A stretch of 64,000 nt of DNA from Octopus sinensis. Lineage: Eukaryota. A program made the translations under genes and the position numbers. Shown here piece by piece: positions 49,804-62,228 of the stretch. Where the stretch lies: positions 88,536,001-88,600,000 of the forward strand of contig NC_043005.1 in NCBI RefSeq assembly GCF_006345805.1, written 5' to 3'. Numbering within the stretch: the stretch's first letter is position 1; the number at the start of each line of letters is the position of its first letter. The notes under the pieces are model-generated. The model saw only the letters and a list, made by a program, of their open reading frames with translations. It did not search any database and was not told where the DNA came from.

Positions 49804-50479
49804 CAGCCAGCTGAGTGGACTGGAGCAACGTGATATGAAGTGTCTTGCTCAAGCACACAATGCAATGCCCAGTCCAGGAATTGAAATTACAATCTTACAA
49901 TCAGGAGTCCAACACCCTAACCACTAAGCCACATGCCTCCACATACATTGCTGAGATAGCAACGAAAAAGAATCCTGCAGAGATAACTTCAAAAAGTGAT
50001 ATGGCTACATATTTTGGAGGAGGTGTATAACTGATTATATTAAACATAAAACAATGAACTCAGGTGCAATCTGAACTCAGAACGTGAAGTGATACGACAA
50101 AAATATTAGAAAGTATTTTGCTGGTCAATCTGCAAACTGAGCCATGCCAGGCTCATGAGGGCCAGTTTCCTGGTTTCAATGGTGTACATATTCCCCACCT
50201 TCCACCCAAAAGAACAGGTCCTCTGATGAGAGTGGCTCTTTCAAAGGCAACGGATTGGATAAAAATAATGGTTTTGAAAGACAGGTGTTAGTCAGCCCCA
50301 GTATATGACTGGTCCTTTATTTTGGACCCAGTGGGATGAAACAAAGAATCAGAACAAATAGCACAAGCCATAAATAAAATACTAGTAAAACATTGAGGGT
50401 CGATATAATCAACTAGTCCCCTCCCTCAAAATTTCATGGCCTTATGCCTTCAGTAGAAAGGATTATTATTATTATTATT

Positions 50480-50720
50480 GAGGCGGTGAACTGGCAGAAT
50501 CATTAGCATGCTGGGCGAAATGCTTAGCGGTATTTCATCTGCTGTTACGTTCTCAGTTCAAATTCCTCTGAGGTCGACTTTGCCTTTCATCCTTTCAGGG
50601 TCGATAAATTAAGTACCAGTTACGCACTGGGGTCGATGTAATCAACTTAATCCGTTTGTCTGTCCTTGTTTGTCCCCTCTATGTTTAGCCCCTTGTGGGT
50701 AATAAAGGAACAGGTATTTC
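50480..50720 (+). mobile_element. tRNA-derived SINE, family C
   Basis: GAGGCGGTGAACTGGCAGAATCATTAGC...GTTCAAATTCC...CTTTCATCCTTTCAGGGTCGATAAATTAAGTACCAG; very many copies (e.g. 17403-18680, 21408-21620, 55060-55260). Confidence 0.88.
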
Positions 50721-51563
50721 ATCTGCCTTTATATTTTGAGTTCATATTCTGTTATGGTCAGCTTTGCCTTTCATCCTTTCAGGGTCAATAAATTAAGTAT
50801 CACTGAAACATTGGGGTCGATGTAATTGTTTAGTCCCCTCCCCCAAAATTATAGGCCTTGTGCCTTTAGTAGAAAGGATTATTATTATTACTATTAATAT
50901 TATTATTATTACTGTCTCTCACACATACAAATCCACATATTATTCATGTAAGAAAAAGAAAGACAACAAACACCCAAGTCAGCAGAGGATGGAGTCTGGA
51001 GTCTTACATGCAATGCAGTCAGTGTGTAAATAAATGTAGGCATGGTTCCAAAAATGTCTTTCCCAAAGAGTAAAGTGGTCCAGCCAGTTAAAAGACTGGC
51101 GATACAAGGACAGCAAAATGTGTGGAGATGTGAGGGGGTGGGGGTTGAAACAAAAAGAAGACAAGAATAACATGGGGGGGGGGTAGGAAGAGAGGGGGTG
51201 CAAAAGGTGTTTGCTTACAGTCAAAAAGAAAACAATGAAGTAAGCAATCTTATAGACATAATTGGAGGGAGAGAGAGAGGTGACGGGCAGCCAGTTTAAT
51301 TAATCCAGGCACTTCGTTAGTATTAGTCTATCAATGTTGGAAGGATAAAAAACAATCACGTTTAAACACAGAACATAATAGTGATCTAACTATATATAAA
51401 AAAAACACCACAAGGCATTTCATCTGTTGCTCTACCGATCTTGTTAATCTACCAGCAATAGTATTAGAAGAGACGGAGCAATGTTTAGTTCAGTACTTTA
51501 TTTCTGAGTTCAATCTCTGCTCAAGTAAGATATCTTCCCCTCTGTACTGGTAGCTGTCAGATA

Positions 51564-51772
51564 TGAAGGGGTGCTGAAAAGTGCCTGGCTTTAAGGTTAT
51601 TGTGAAAGGCCCAAACTTTCAAGTTCTTTTACTGGGCTTAGAAAAACTGAAGGCCCACTGCAATATGTGTATGAATCTTAGAGGGCAATATGTTGAATAA
51701 AACCATGATTAACTTACTGATCCTCCTGTATTTTCTTTTACCCAAAGCCAGGAACCTTTCAGCACCCTCTTG
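51564..51772. mobile_element. Mariner-type MITE (209 bp)
   Basis: TIRs TGAAGGGGTGCTGAAAAGTGCCTGGCTTT / CAAGAGGGTGCTGAAAGGTTCCTGGCTTT (reverse complement), flanked by TA. Confidence 0.85.
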
Positions 51773-51782
51773 TATATATCAT

Positions 51783-52162
51783 GGCTCTCCGTCGGTTATG
51801 ACGACGAGGGTTCCAGTTGATCCGATCAACGGAACAGCCTGCTCGTGAAATTAACAGGCAAATGGCTGAGCATTCCACAGACACGTGTACCCTTAATGTA
51901 GTTCTCAGGGAGATTCAGTGTGACATAGAATGTAACAAGGCTAGCCCCTTTGAAATATAGGTACAACAGAAACAGGAAGAAAGAGTGAGAGAAAGTTGTG
52001 GTGAAAGAGTACAGCTGGGATTGCCACCACACCCTGCTGGAGCCTCGTGATGCTTTAGGTGTTTTCACTCAATAAATGCTCACAACGCCTAGTCTGGGAA
52101 TTGAAACTGCGATCCTACGACCGCGAGTCCGTTGCCCTCACCACTGGGCCATTGCGCCTCCA
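51783..52162 (-). mobile_element. tRNA-derived SINE, family D (full length)
   Basis: Minus-strand head TGGAGGCGCAATGGCCCAGTGGTGAGGGC...; tail ends GTCGTCATAACCGACGGAGAGCC. Near-full copy at 31069-31445(-), partial copies at 20095-20410, 42296-42545 and 53730-53900. Confidence 0.88.
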
Positions 52163-53227
52163 AGCCCCCTCATATAAATACAGGTGTAAATGGCATTTTG
52201 CTTTACTCCAGTCCACTCAGCTGTAAATGAATGACCCTACGATGGACCAGCATTTTTTCCAGTGGGTTGAATCTTGTGATCTTGGACACTTACATGCCAC
52301 AGAAACCACAAGACCAACTGTATAAGTTTAGGAAGTTGAGACAGAAATGTCCAGCTGTTAATCATGATGAGTACTTGACTCATACTTCATTTTATTGACT
52401 TCTGGAAGGATGAAAGGCAAAGCTGACTCTGATGGGATTTGAAACAGAAGGAAAGATAATGAAATAAGCATCTCCTCTGTCGTAAGACAGCTACCCCTGT
52501 CCTGATATCATAGCTCAACCTTTTGCCAGCAAGCTACTTGGTGAACCTGTGAGTGCTGCTGCCATATAAAATGAACCAGTGCTGGTGCCATGGAATGAGC
52601 ACCAATGCTGGCACACACTTTGTAAAGAGATTGGCGTTAGGAAGGGCATCCAGCTGTTGAAGCCTTGCCAAAACAGACAATTGGAGCTTGATGCAGCTCT
52701 CTGGCTAGCTAGTTCCTATCAAACTGTCCAACCCATGCCAGTATACAAAATGGACATTAAATGATGATGATGATGAGAGAGATAGAGAGAAAATAATATG
52801 AAACTGTTCTGAGATCTTTGGCGATATACCGTGTTTGAGAAAACCTATCAAGCCAAATGGGATTGTAGTCATGGCTGATGCTGATGTTATATAACTGACA
52901 CGTGAGCTGGTGGCGGGACGTAAGGTGTTAACAACTGCTATCAAATTTCTATTCTATTTCTCCAACATCAATCCATTTAGAACCTAGTATAAATATGGCA
53001 GTGAAAATATTACCACTCACCCACCCACATGCCTGTTTGGCTTATCCAATCTCATGTCAGTGGTCCATTTGAATTATTTCCCTTAGCACATTGTTCAAAT
53101 CAAAATGCATAAAATTCTTCATGACACTTTTTTTAAACCGTCATCCATTGTTCAACATCAAGTTTGAGAAGCCCGTTTCATTTACATTATTTACATTTGA
53201 TGGATATTTGGCCTCATCTTTGTTGTT

Positions 53228-53273
53228 AACACAGCATTTCAGCTGATATACCCTCCAGCCTCCATCAGGTGTC
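53228..53273 (-). ncRNA. Second, inverted degenerate hammerhead motif of the same SINE
   Basis: Minus strand GACAC-CTGATGG-A-GGCTG...CAGCT-GAAA-TGCT-GTGTT; stem I GACAC/GTGTT intact, core and cleavage triplet mutated. Confidence 0.55.
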
Positions 53274-53400
53274 TTGGGGGAAATTTCAAGCCTGGTTTCT
53301 CATTCCTAAGGTATTTTTTGATGTTGTTGTTATTATTATTATTATTATTATTATTCAGGTCACTGCTTGGAATCAAACTTGGAATCTTGCGGTTAGTACC

Positions 53401-53668
53401 CCACGGGCATATGGCATAGTGGTTAAGAGCACGGGCTACTAACCCCAAGATTCCGAGTTCGATTCCAAGCAGTGACCTGATGAATGATAATAATAATATT
53501 AATAACATGGAAAATACCTTAGGAATGAGAACCGAACCCAGGTTCGAAATTTCCCCAAGACACCTGATGAAGGCTGGAGGGTATATCAGCTGAAACATGT
53601 TAACAAACAAGGTAAGGACAAATATCCGTCAAATGTAAATAATTCCTCATCTCTTAAATATAGAACTG
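53401..53668 (+). mobile_element. tRNA-headed SINE with hammerhead-bearing tail; inverted partner at ~53186-53398
   Basis: A box TGGCATAGTGG (53412-53422), B box GAGTTCGATTC (53455-53465), (TAA)n linker, then the hammerhead region. Confidence 0.8.
53559..53601 (+). ncRNA. Degenerate hammerhead motif in the 3' part of a tRNA-headed SINE
   Basis: GACAC-CTGATGA-A-GGCTG-gagggtatat-CAGCT-GAAA-CA-TGTT; the cleavage-site region carries a small deletion. Confidence 0.6.
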
Positions 53669-56032
53669 TCTGTTTTATTGTTCACAGGTAAGATCTAATA
53701 AGACTAAAATATGTTCGCAGCTGTTACCTGGCACTCCGTTGGTTACGACAACAAGGGTTCCAATTGACCCGATCAATGAAATTAATGTACGAGTGGTTGA
53801 GTACTCCACAGACATGCACAAGCATAACATTGTCCTCAGTGAGATTCAACGGGACACAAAATGTGACATGGTTGAATTAAAGGTACAACTCGTTTTTTCC
53901 TGGTGAGTGCACTGGAGCAATGTGAAAAATGTCTTGCCCAAGGACAAATTCCAATTCTTAGCAAATTTTCACATCAGCACCAGTAACAAGCTAATGACAG
54001 AGAGCCTCTACATGGTCAGTTAATCAGCAAGAAATAGCAGCTGAAATACTCGAATCCACCATCTTAAAATGGGAACGATAATATATAATCCTAATCAGGG
54101 GGAATGGTTAGAAAGAAGGATACAACAATTTTGATCCTAAATCTACCGGGGTTGAACTGGTGCAATAAACAAATAAAAAATGGCTACTGCACCAGACAAA
54201 AAGGTAGATTAGCCTCTTCTAAATCTGTAGCATGATTTATTTAGCATACAACATGACAGAAGGACAATGTCTGAGGTGAGGCTGTTGTGAACTAAATATA
54301 AATATAGTAGGACCACATATAAAGTATCATCATCATCGTCTGCTTTCCGTGCTGGCATGGGTTGGATGGTTTGACTGAGGACTGGCAAGCCAGGAGGCTG
54401 CAACAGGCTCCAATCTGATCTGGCAAAGTTTCTACAGCTGGATGTCCTTCCTAACACCAACCTCTCCAAGAGTGTAGTGGGTGCTTTTATGTGCCACCAA
54501 CACGAGGGCCGGTCAGGCATTACTGGCAACGACCATGCTCAAAAGGTGTTTTTTACATGCCACCTGCACGGGAGCCAGTCCGGCAGCACTGGCAACGACA
54601 CTCCACCCAACACTAGATATGTTCAAAATCTTAAAAGGAAGATAACTCTAATATGCTCAGCTGATTGAACTATTTGGACAACTGAGATAATGGACATTGG
54701 GACGGATCATGATCATCAACATCATTTAATGTTTGCTTTCTATGTTGGTATGAGTTGGCCAGTTGGATAGGAACTGCACTAAGACCATTGCCTGATTTGG
54801 CTTGGTTTCTGCAGCTGGATGTCCTTCTTAATGCCAACCACTTTACTGACACCAGGTAGTAGTAGTAGTAGTAGTAGTAGTAGTAATCATAGACTGGACA
54901 GAAAAGGAGGAGAGATTGGAGAGAGGGGGGAGAGAGAAGAAATTAGTAACTGAGAGAAAAAGACTAAAACTTATAACGAGGTGGTGTATTTTGTTGCTGG
55001 TGGTAATTATTCCAAGGTCAGTTTTGACCAAGCAGATCTATGGTCAAATGTTTTCCAATTGTGATTACATTAGCATGCTGGGTGAAATGCTTAGTGGTAT
55101 TTTGTCTGTCTTTACGTTTTGAGTTCAAATTTTGCTGAGGTCAACTTTGCCTTTCATCCTTTCAGGGTCGGTAAATTAAGTAGCAGTTGCATACTGGAGT
55201 TGATCTAATCAACTGACCCCCTCCCCCCAAATTTTGGGTCTTGTGCCTAGAGTAGAAAAGAATATATCTGATACTGTGTCCATCTTTTAAGGTGACAATG
55301 TGTGATTTGAGGGAGATTTGACTGCTTATTCTTGCAGGCCAAGCAAGACCTTTCATTGGTGCCTAACTAAAGTGGTGTAGGCTGTTCCTGTTTCAAAACC
55401 TATGAAAACAAGACATTTGTACTACAGAGCCAGAGATGGTTTCAGGTGGTTTGGTATCGAAAGAGTTAAAGCGTAATATGTTTAGGAGAATCTATATATC
55501 TTGTTATAGGAAGAGATACATAGGTTAGCCAGGTGTCTCTTCTACATCAAGGCACCCGTATCAGTTGTTCTACTATGGTTTAGTCTTATAACACTGGGTA
55601 TAAAACCACCTCCTTTACTACCACACCCCTACATAGTTGAGAGAGATTTTTTGTCATGTATGTTACTTGGCAACCTCACCAGTGCTGGTGCCATGTATGA
55701 TGCTTGAATATGAAGTGTGATGCTGTACAGCAGAAGGAGGTGATGGGGAGGAGGTAATGATGGAAATTGGCACACACACTCAACCACTTCCCACCCCCCA
55801 ACCATATTCACCACTCCCTGCATTTCCATTATCTTCATTTCTATTCATATGTAAACAAAGCATGTAGTCCACCCCACAAAGTGGGTGGCATTAGGAAGGG
55901 CATCCAGCTGTAGAAACCATGTCAAAGGAGATACTAGAGCTCAATACAGTCCACAGGGCTCATCAGGTGCTGTCTATTCATCCAACCTGGAAGACAAACG
56001 TTAAATAATGATGATGATGATACATTATCCTG

Positions 56033-56376
56033 CTAGAAAAGTACTCGAAGAGTGCAGACCTCCACTAAGCAGCTCATAAGATAGATATGCGAGTAAAATT
56101 ACTAATAGAGAAACAAAAATAAACTTTGGAAAGAGCAACGCCACCATAGGTTACATGGAAACAATGAACATGTTTTCAAGGGAGATAATCAAAGAACGTA
56201 ACATTGTAATACTTCATGTAAAGTAAATATAACAAATGAAAAATCCTTCAAGAATCCATAAAAATTCTTGTATCACTACCAAAATTCCATCATCTGTTCA
56301 CAACTTTTTGAGTTATTTTGCACAGACGACAAACCAACACCAATGAAAACATAACCTCCTTCCTTGGCGGAGGTGA
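56033..56376 (-). mobile_element. Second HINE-like element
   Basis: ACCTCCTTCCTTGGCGGAGGT palindrome at one end; GTACTCGAAGAGTGCAGACCTCC hairpin plus subterminal repeat at the other. Confidence 0.55.
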
Positions 56377-59300
56377 TGAAGAAGGAAAATGACAGAATTA
56401 CAAAGGTACTTGATGACAATCAGGAAGTAATTCGATAGTTATTTTCCCAGTAAAAGATATGACCAAGTTTAGGATGTCTCAATACCCTTCCTTTGCAGCC
56501 ACTTGCATTTGAGTTCAATCCCACAGTAGAGCACCTTGCGCATGTGTCTTCTACAATGCAGGCCTTGTGAGTAAATTGGTAAATAGAAGTTGCGTAGAAG
56601 CCTGTCATGCATGTGTGTGTATGTATGTGTTGTCTGATTTAATGCCTTTGGGAAAAAAAATTGCCTGCTCAGACCTAGAGAAGGATGAACCCCACAGGGT
56701 CTGTAAAGAGAAATTCAAGACAGGATGGTGCTCCTAATGACCCCCAGGAGACAACAGTAAGGCAACTTCTTAAATGTACAGGGGCCAGTCTTTCACAAGT
56801 TCTGGTTCTTTAAGCTCTGAGTTCAAGCTCTGCTGAGGCTGACTTTGCCTTTCACACCTATTAAGGTTGATAAAATAAGTACCAGTTCTATACTGGGGTT
56901 GATTTGTGTCTTTCATCTTGTCTGACTTAATGTCTTCAAGAAAAAAAATTGCCTGCTCAGACCTAGAGAAGGATGAACCCCACAAGATCTGTAAAGAGAA
57001 GTTCAAGACAGGATGGTGCTCCTAATGACCCCCAGGAGACAACAGTAAGGCAACTACTTAGATGTACAGGAGCCAGTCTTTCACAAGTTCTTAAGCAAGA
57101 GCTGAGAAAAGCAGGAGGAAGAGGAGGAATAGTAGTTACTTTAACAAAACAGTCATTATAAAAACCAAACTAATAGCAGACTTGATAACAGCAGGAAACC
57201 AAGAGGCTATTATTTTGAAGCTAGAACTCAGATAATCAACACTTAGAACTAAAACAACTTCCCTGCTAGTCAATAATTACTTGTTCTGATATTAACTCGT
57301 CCGAGATCAGCCCTGGTTTTATTGCACAAATTCACTGTTTTAAAGTGGTCTAAATTAAAAGCCTTCCATTAAAGTTCCATGTCAATTTGTGTTCCAATCA
57401 CCAGTTGAATAATGACAAAAAATATTTTGCTAATTTCTTCATTATTTTAAAAATTAATTGAAATCCAAGTAGTGCAGTCCGACAGAAATACATGAAAAAA
57501 AAGGTTAATTTCATTGGGGTCTTTCATCAGTTAGAACTTGAAACAGTAAGCCATTTAACCACTGAAGGGTGTTGAACCATTTTAGTATTAGGGGTGAGTC
57601 ATAAGTATATAAGGACCAGTAGGGGTATATTTGCACTAGGGAAGATTTATAAGGGTTAAACATTATTAACCCTTTTGATGCCAACCCACCAGAGACTGAC
57701 CAGGGTTTTATGACACAAACTTTGTGCTTTTAAATGATCGAAATTAAAATCTTCTATCAAAATTTCAAATTGATTTATAGTCCAATACACCATCTTGGTA
57801 ACAATAAAATCATTTTAATAAATTAATTGAAACAAAAATGTAGCCAGCTGGCAGAATCATTGACTTTACCTTTAATCCTTTTGGAGTCGATAAAATAAAT
57901 ACCAGCTGTGTACTGGGGGTTGATGTAAGTGATTTACACTTCCCCTAAAATTGCTGGCCTTGTGTCAAAATTTGAAACCAATAAATTAACGGAAACAAAA
58001 TCAGTGTATATAGTAAGACAGGAGCTGAATTATATGGTCTGAAGTTTTAAACATTTTCAAAGGGCTTTTTAGAGACTTGGTCAGTAGTTTTGAAGAGAGC
58101 TTTGAGCAAAATTTCACCCTTGAGTCCAAGTTTCCTCCTCCCCTGCTCTATATGGTTGCCCAACTTGCTCAAAATAGCAGCCAAATATTTTTCAAATTAC
58201 TGCTGTAGAAAAAAAGAAACACACTAAAAAAACACACCCCTGAAAGTGTTCCAAAAGTAAAAACTCAGAAGGTCATGGTTTTTGCTCTTAAGTCTGGGGC
58301 TGCAAATTCATCATCATTTAGCATCTACTTTCCATGCTGTCATGGGTTGGATGGTTTGACTGAGGACTAGCAAGCCAGGAGGCTGCACCAAGCTCCAATC
58401 TGATCTGTCAAAGTTTCTATGGGTGGATGCCCTTCCAAATACTGACCACTCTGAGAGTGTAGTGGGTGCTTTTTGTGTGCCACCAGCACAGGAGTCAGTC
58501 AGGCAGCACTGGCATTGGCCATGTTCAGATGGTGCCTTTTGCATTCCACCGGCACAGGAGCCTGATGGGGTGTGGGGGCTGCATTGACCATATTCGGATG
58601 GTGCTTTTTATATGCCACCAGCTCAGGGAGCCAGTCAGGCGGAACTGGCAATGACCCACGCATAAATGGTGCTTATTGCGTGCTACCAGCATGGGAGCCA
58701 GTCAGGTGGCACTGGTATCAGCTACAACTACAATTTCCATTTGATTGTGATTTGATTTTGATTATGCAAATCATTTTTTTTTTTATTTAATGGGTCAGTC
58801 GAAAGAGAAACAGAAATATCTAGGGCCCTTTTTCAGGATTCCTGAAACTGGCTGGAGGGAAGAGAACAATGTTCCCATGTAATGGAGACCTGATTCCAAT
58901 GCTTTTAACGGAATGGACTGTTACCAGTACTCAAGGCCCAGGCAATGGATGAGGTCTACTACACACACATCTAATGTGCATACACCAAAACAAGAACAGT
59001 TACTCTATTGCTCATTACGTGTAAAGAAGCCTTTTGTGTACACAACCTGCTAGAAATAACAGCAAAAATCTCCCTCAAATTCCACCCTACAGTGTTAACC
59101 CGTGTGTTACTGATATTTCTGTTTCAGTTGATTTGTTATTTGAAAATAATAAAGAATTTTGTAAACTAACTTTGTCACTATTAAGCACTTTAAAGCTGAA
59201 AGTTTGTATCATAAAAGCAGGGGTGGTCGTGGGCAGGTTGGTAGCAAAAAGATTTAAAAAGAAAATGAATGGCACTGACAATAAAGTCTCTGGTATACAA

Positions 59301-60447
59301 AAAAGACAGGAGGGTCGCAAATAGAATGTCTTTGGCCATAGACATGTAGGATTGGTGCTGACTTGGGGGCTAAACATCATGGTTAGGAGTTCAAATATAA
59401 CAACACCCATAGTGTTTCTTTTTCACAAAGTTTACAATCGCTACACTTTTTTTAATTATTTTTTTGTTAATTTTAGGAGAAGAACAGTGGGACTCCAGTG
59501 CTTAATATCTCCCACCCCAATACCCATAACTGATATTTTTTAAACATGGAGAAGCGTGAGGAATGAAATAATTTAAGTTAAATCCTACCTGAGGTCCAGT
59601 GTTTTACTCCGCCTCCCACACTAAACTACTAAATCCACTTTTAATGGCAAGATTAACACCTGCTTTTAAGTGGAAACTGTTTCAATTAGCAAAAGATTCC
59701 AGTCACAAAAGTGAAAATATTGCTCAAAGAAAACCACACACACAGACTTTATGAGCAATTGTATAGCAGCTACGGTTTGTAGGGAAGGGCAACAGAATTA
59801 AACCAACCACACACACACAAAATGATTAACCTACAGAAGCAGTGTTTATAATTTAATCCGGACAAACACACACACCTCACTTTCATTCATATCTGTCGTA
59901 ATTGATGACTTGACTATTCATAACAAACAAACTAATTAATGGTTTCTGATTTAGGTACAAGGTCAGCAATTTCGGGGGGAGGGAGGGGGGAATTCGATTA
60001 TATCAACCCCAGTATTTAACTGGTACTTATTTCATTGACCCTGGAATGACGAAAGGCAAAGTCTACCTTGGCGAAAGTGAATAATGATTTGTTATTTAGG
60101 TAAAGGGAAAAGGGGTAATTTGATACGTTCAACCCTTCCCCCAGTACATGACTGGCACTTTATTGACCTTGAAAGGATGAAAGGCAAAGTTGACCTTGGT
60201 GAGATTTGAACTCAAAATGTAAAATGTCAGGTAACTGTCAAGAACATCAGTGACAGTGTTTGATTTCTGGTTAGGTGTTATCTTCATGGGACAATATGGG
60301 AAGGTGGTCGAATGGGACCACTATGGACGTATAAGTTTTCATTACTCTGCAAGAACAGAATGAACAGTACTGGAACAGTGTTCCAGAGGGTGGAATGAGG
60401 GAAACCCTAAAAACTCAGAGTCTAAGAAACACAGCCCAATTGTTACA

Positions 60448-60700
60448 TATTGGGACTGCCTTAAAGCCTTGAAACTCTACTCTCTCCAGCGCCGCTGCGA
60501 GCGGTACATCATTTGTACAATGTGGAGAATATACTGCCAACTTTGCCCAAACGACCTGAACATTAGTTTCAAGGGTCATCCAAAGCTGGGACCACGGGCC
60601 ATACGTCCCCTGCCCAATTCAGGATCACAGCATATAGGTACACTGCAAACATAATTTCTTTTCCTCAACAGGCCCTGCCCTGTTTAACATCTGGTGGTGT
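60448..60700 (+). mobile_element. CR1/L2-group LINE ORF2 C-terminal fragment
   Basis: YWDCLKALKLYSLQRRCERYIICTMWRIY resembles the CR1-group YxERLxxLxLxSLxxRR motif. Confidence 0.7.
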
Positions 60701-61500
60701 TGCTGGGCTTTGTATTTTTTTTATAGTTCCCATGGTTACTGAGATAATCTACTATAATAATACTTTTGTGTTTATAAATGAGAACGGAAGGGGTGATAAA
60801 TGAATAAGGAAGGAAGGAGTGATGTCATACTTGGTAGAGGGATGATGAAAACTGTATGCTAAAAAATAAATCAAACATCTTTTCAACTTTGTGACTATAT
60901 GTGTGTGTATGTAAAGGGGGGGGGGTATGTGAATGTGTGTATGTGCAATGGAAGTGGGATGGTTCATCTTTGTTCGCTTAGTATTTGGGTTTATCTTTTG
61001 ATTTGTTTGAATCTTGGTTGGTTTGTTTTTGTTGGTCAGTTATTTTTAGTTTTGACAGAAAAAAACGTCATTCTAAAATTGTTTTTTAACGTAAGCGTGC
61101 CCAAACAAGTTGAATGCTTACACAGAGCAGGTATTACAGCCACATCATCCAAACTGACTGGGTGAAACTGGGTTTATCCGCTAGTATGTATATATAATAC
61201 TGCAATAAAGTTGAGCCAATCTCAACTTGAGTCTCTTCATTTATCCTGGCTGATATCAATTAACAGACAACAACATCAAAAACAAGGGAGAAGCAAACCA
61301 ACTTTGTCTTACATTGTAGACTAAGAGCTTTTCATCAAATCATCAGCATTAGAGATGGTGATTCCTAACAAATGCAAGTTGATGGGTGTTTGGACCTTGT
61401 TTTGGGTGTTATTCAAAATTACTCTCCTCAGCCCCTGCAGCTTATAGAGCCCATGACTTGTGTTAAAACTCAATATGGTATGCTATAGTAGAAGACATTT

Positions 61501-61887
61501 GGAGTAATGATTGTTTGCCAACATAACATGGAAGTCCTGGTTTAGGACGAATGTTGCTGTAATTTAGCCCCAGGAGACATCGTCTCCAGATGGCTATACG
61601 ACACAATCTGTGTCCTTATATTTTCGAACAAGGGAATCTAGCACCCCTACCCAGCTCAAAACAATATCTGTGTATCATGAGTGGGGGTGCTAGATTCCCT
61701 TGTTTGAAAATATAAGGACACAGATCGTGTCGTATAGTCAGCTGAAAATGGTGTCTCCCGGGGCTAAATTAAAGCAACATTCGTCCTAAACCAGGACTGC
61801 CATGTTATGTTGGCAAATAATCTTTACCCCAAAGTACTGTTGCTGAATATCTCTTGCTGTGAGATTTAAAAATAGTAATTTTCTAAC
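61501..61887 (+). mobile_element. Fold-back element, same family, inserted into a tRNA-SINE
   Basis: Inverted arms of about 150 bp; 11-bp TSD AGAAGACATTT at 61490-61500 and 61888-61898. Confidence 0.85.
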
Positions 61888-62228
61888 AGAAGACATTTGT
61901 CTAAGGCACCACTCGGTGTGACCAAACCTGAAGACATGTGGTTGAAGAATAAACCCCTTAAGCACACAGCCTGTCTGTGTGCCAATGTAACTTATTGGGA
62001 ACAGAGCAACAAAAAAGGTTAAATAAAACAGACATTATACTCAACAAAAGTCTGGTAATGTTACTATACACATAAGGTATGAAATGGAAGGACCTGTCTA
62101 CTAATGGAACATAAAAAAACATAAATCCCAGATATATGGAAATATCGACACATTGGAAGTGGAGGCTATCATGCATGGCCTAGGAAGATGTCTACTTGAT
62201 GGTGGATAGTTGTATGTGATGAGTTTAA

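Noticed and set aside
53401-53475. Functional tRNA gene here or at other SINE heads
   Set aside because: A and B boxes are present, but there is no full cloverleaf or acceptor stem and the sequence runs into SINE bodies; no true tRNA or rRNA gene was found in the window.
59087-59410. 107-aa minus-strand and 96-aa plus-strand ORFs
   Set aside because: They overlap fragments of a dispersed repeat (AAATAxCAGCxAAAxCTCCCTCAAA) and show no recognisable domain or clear splice pattern.
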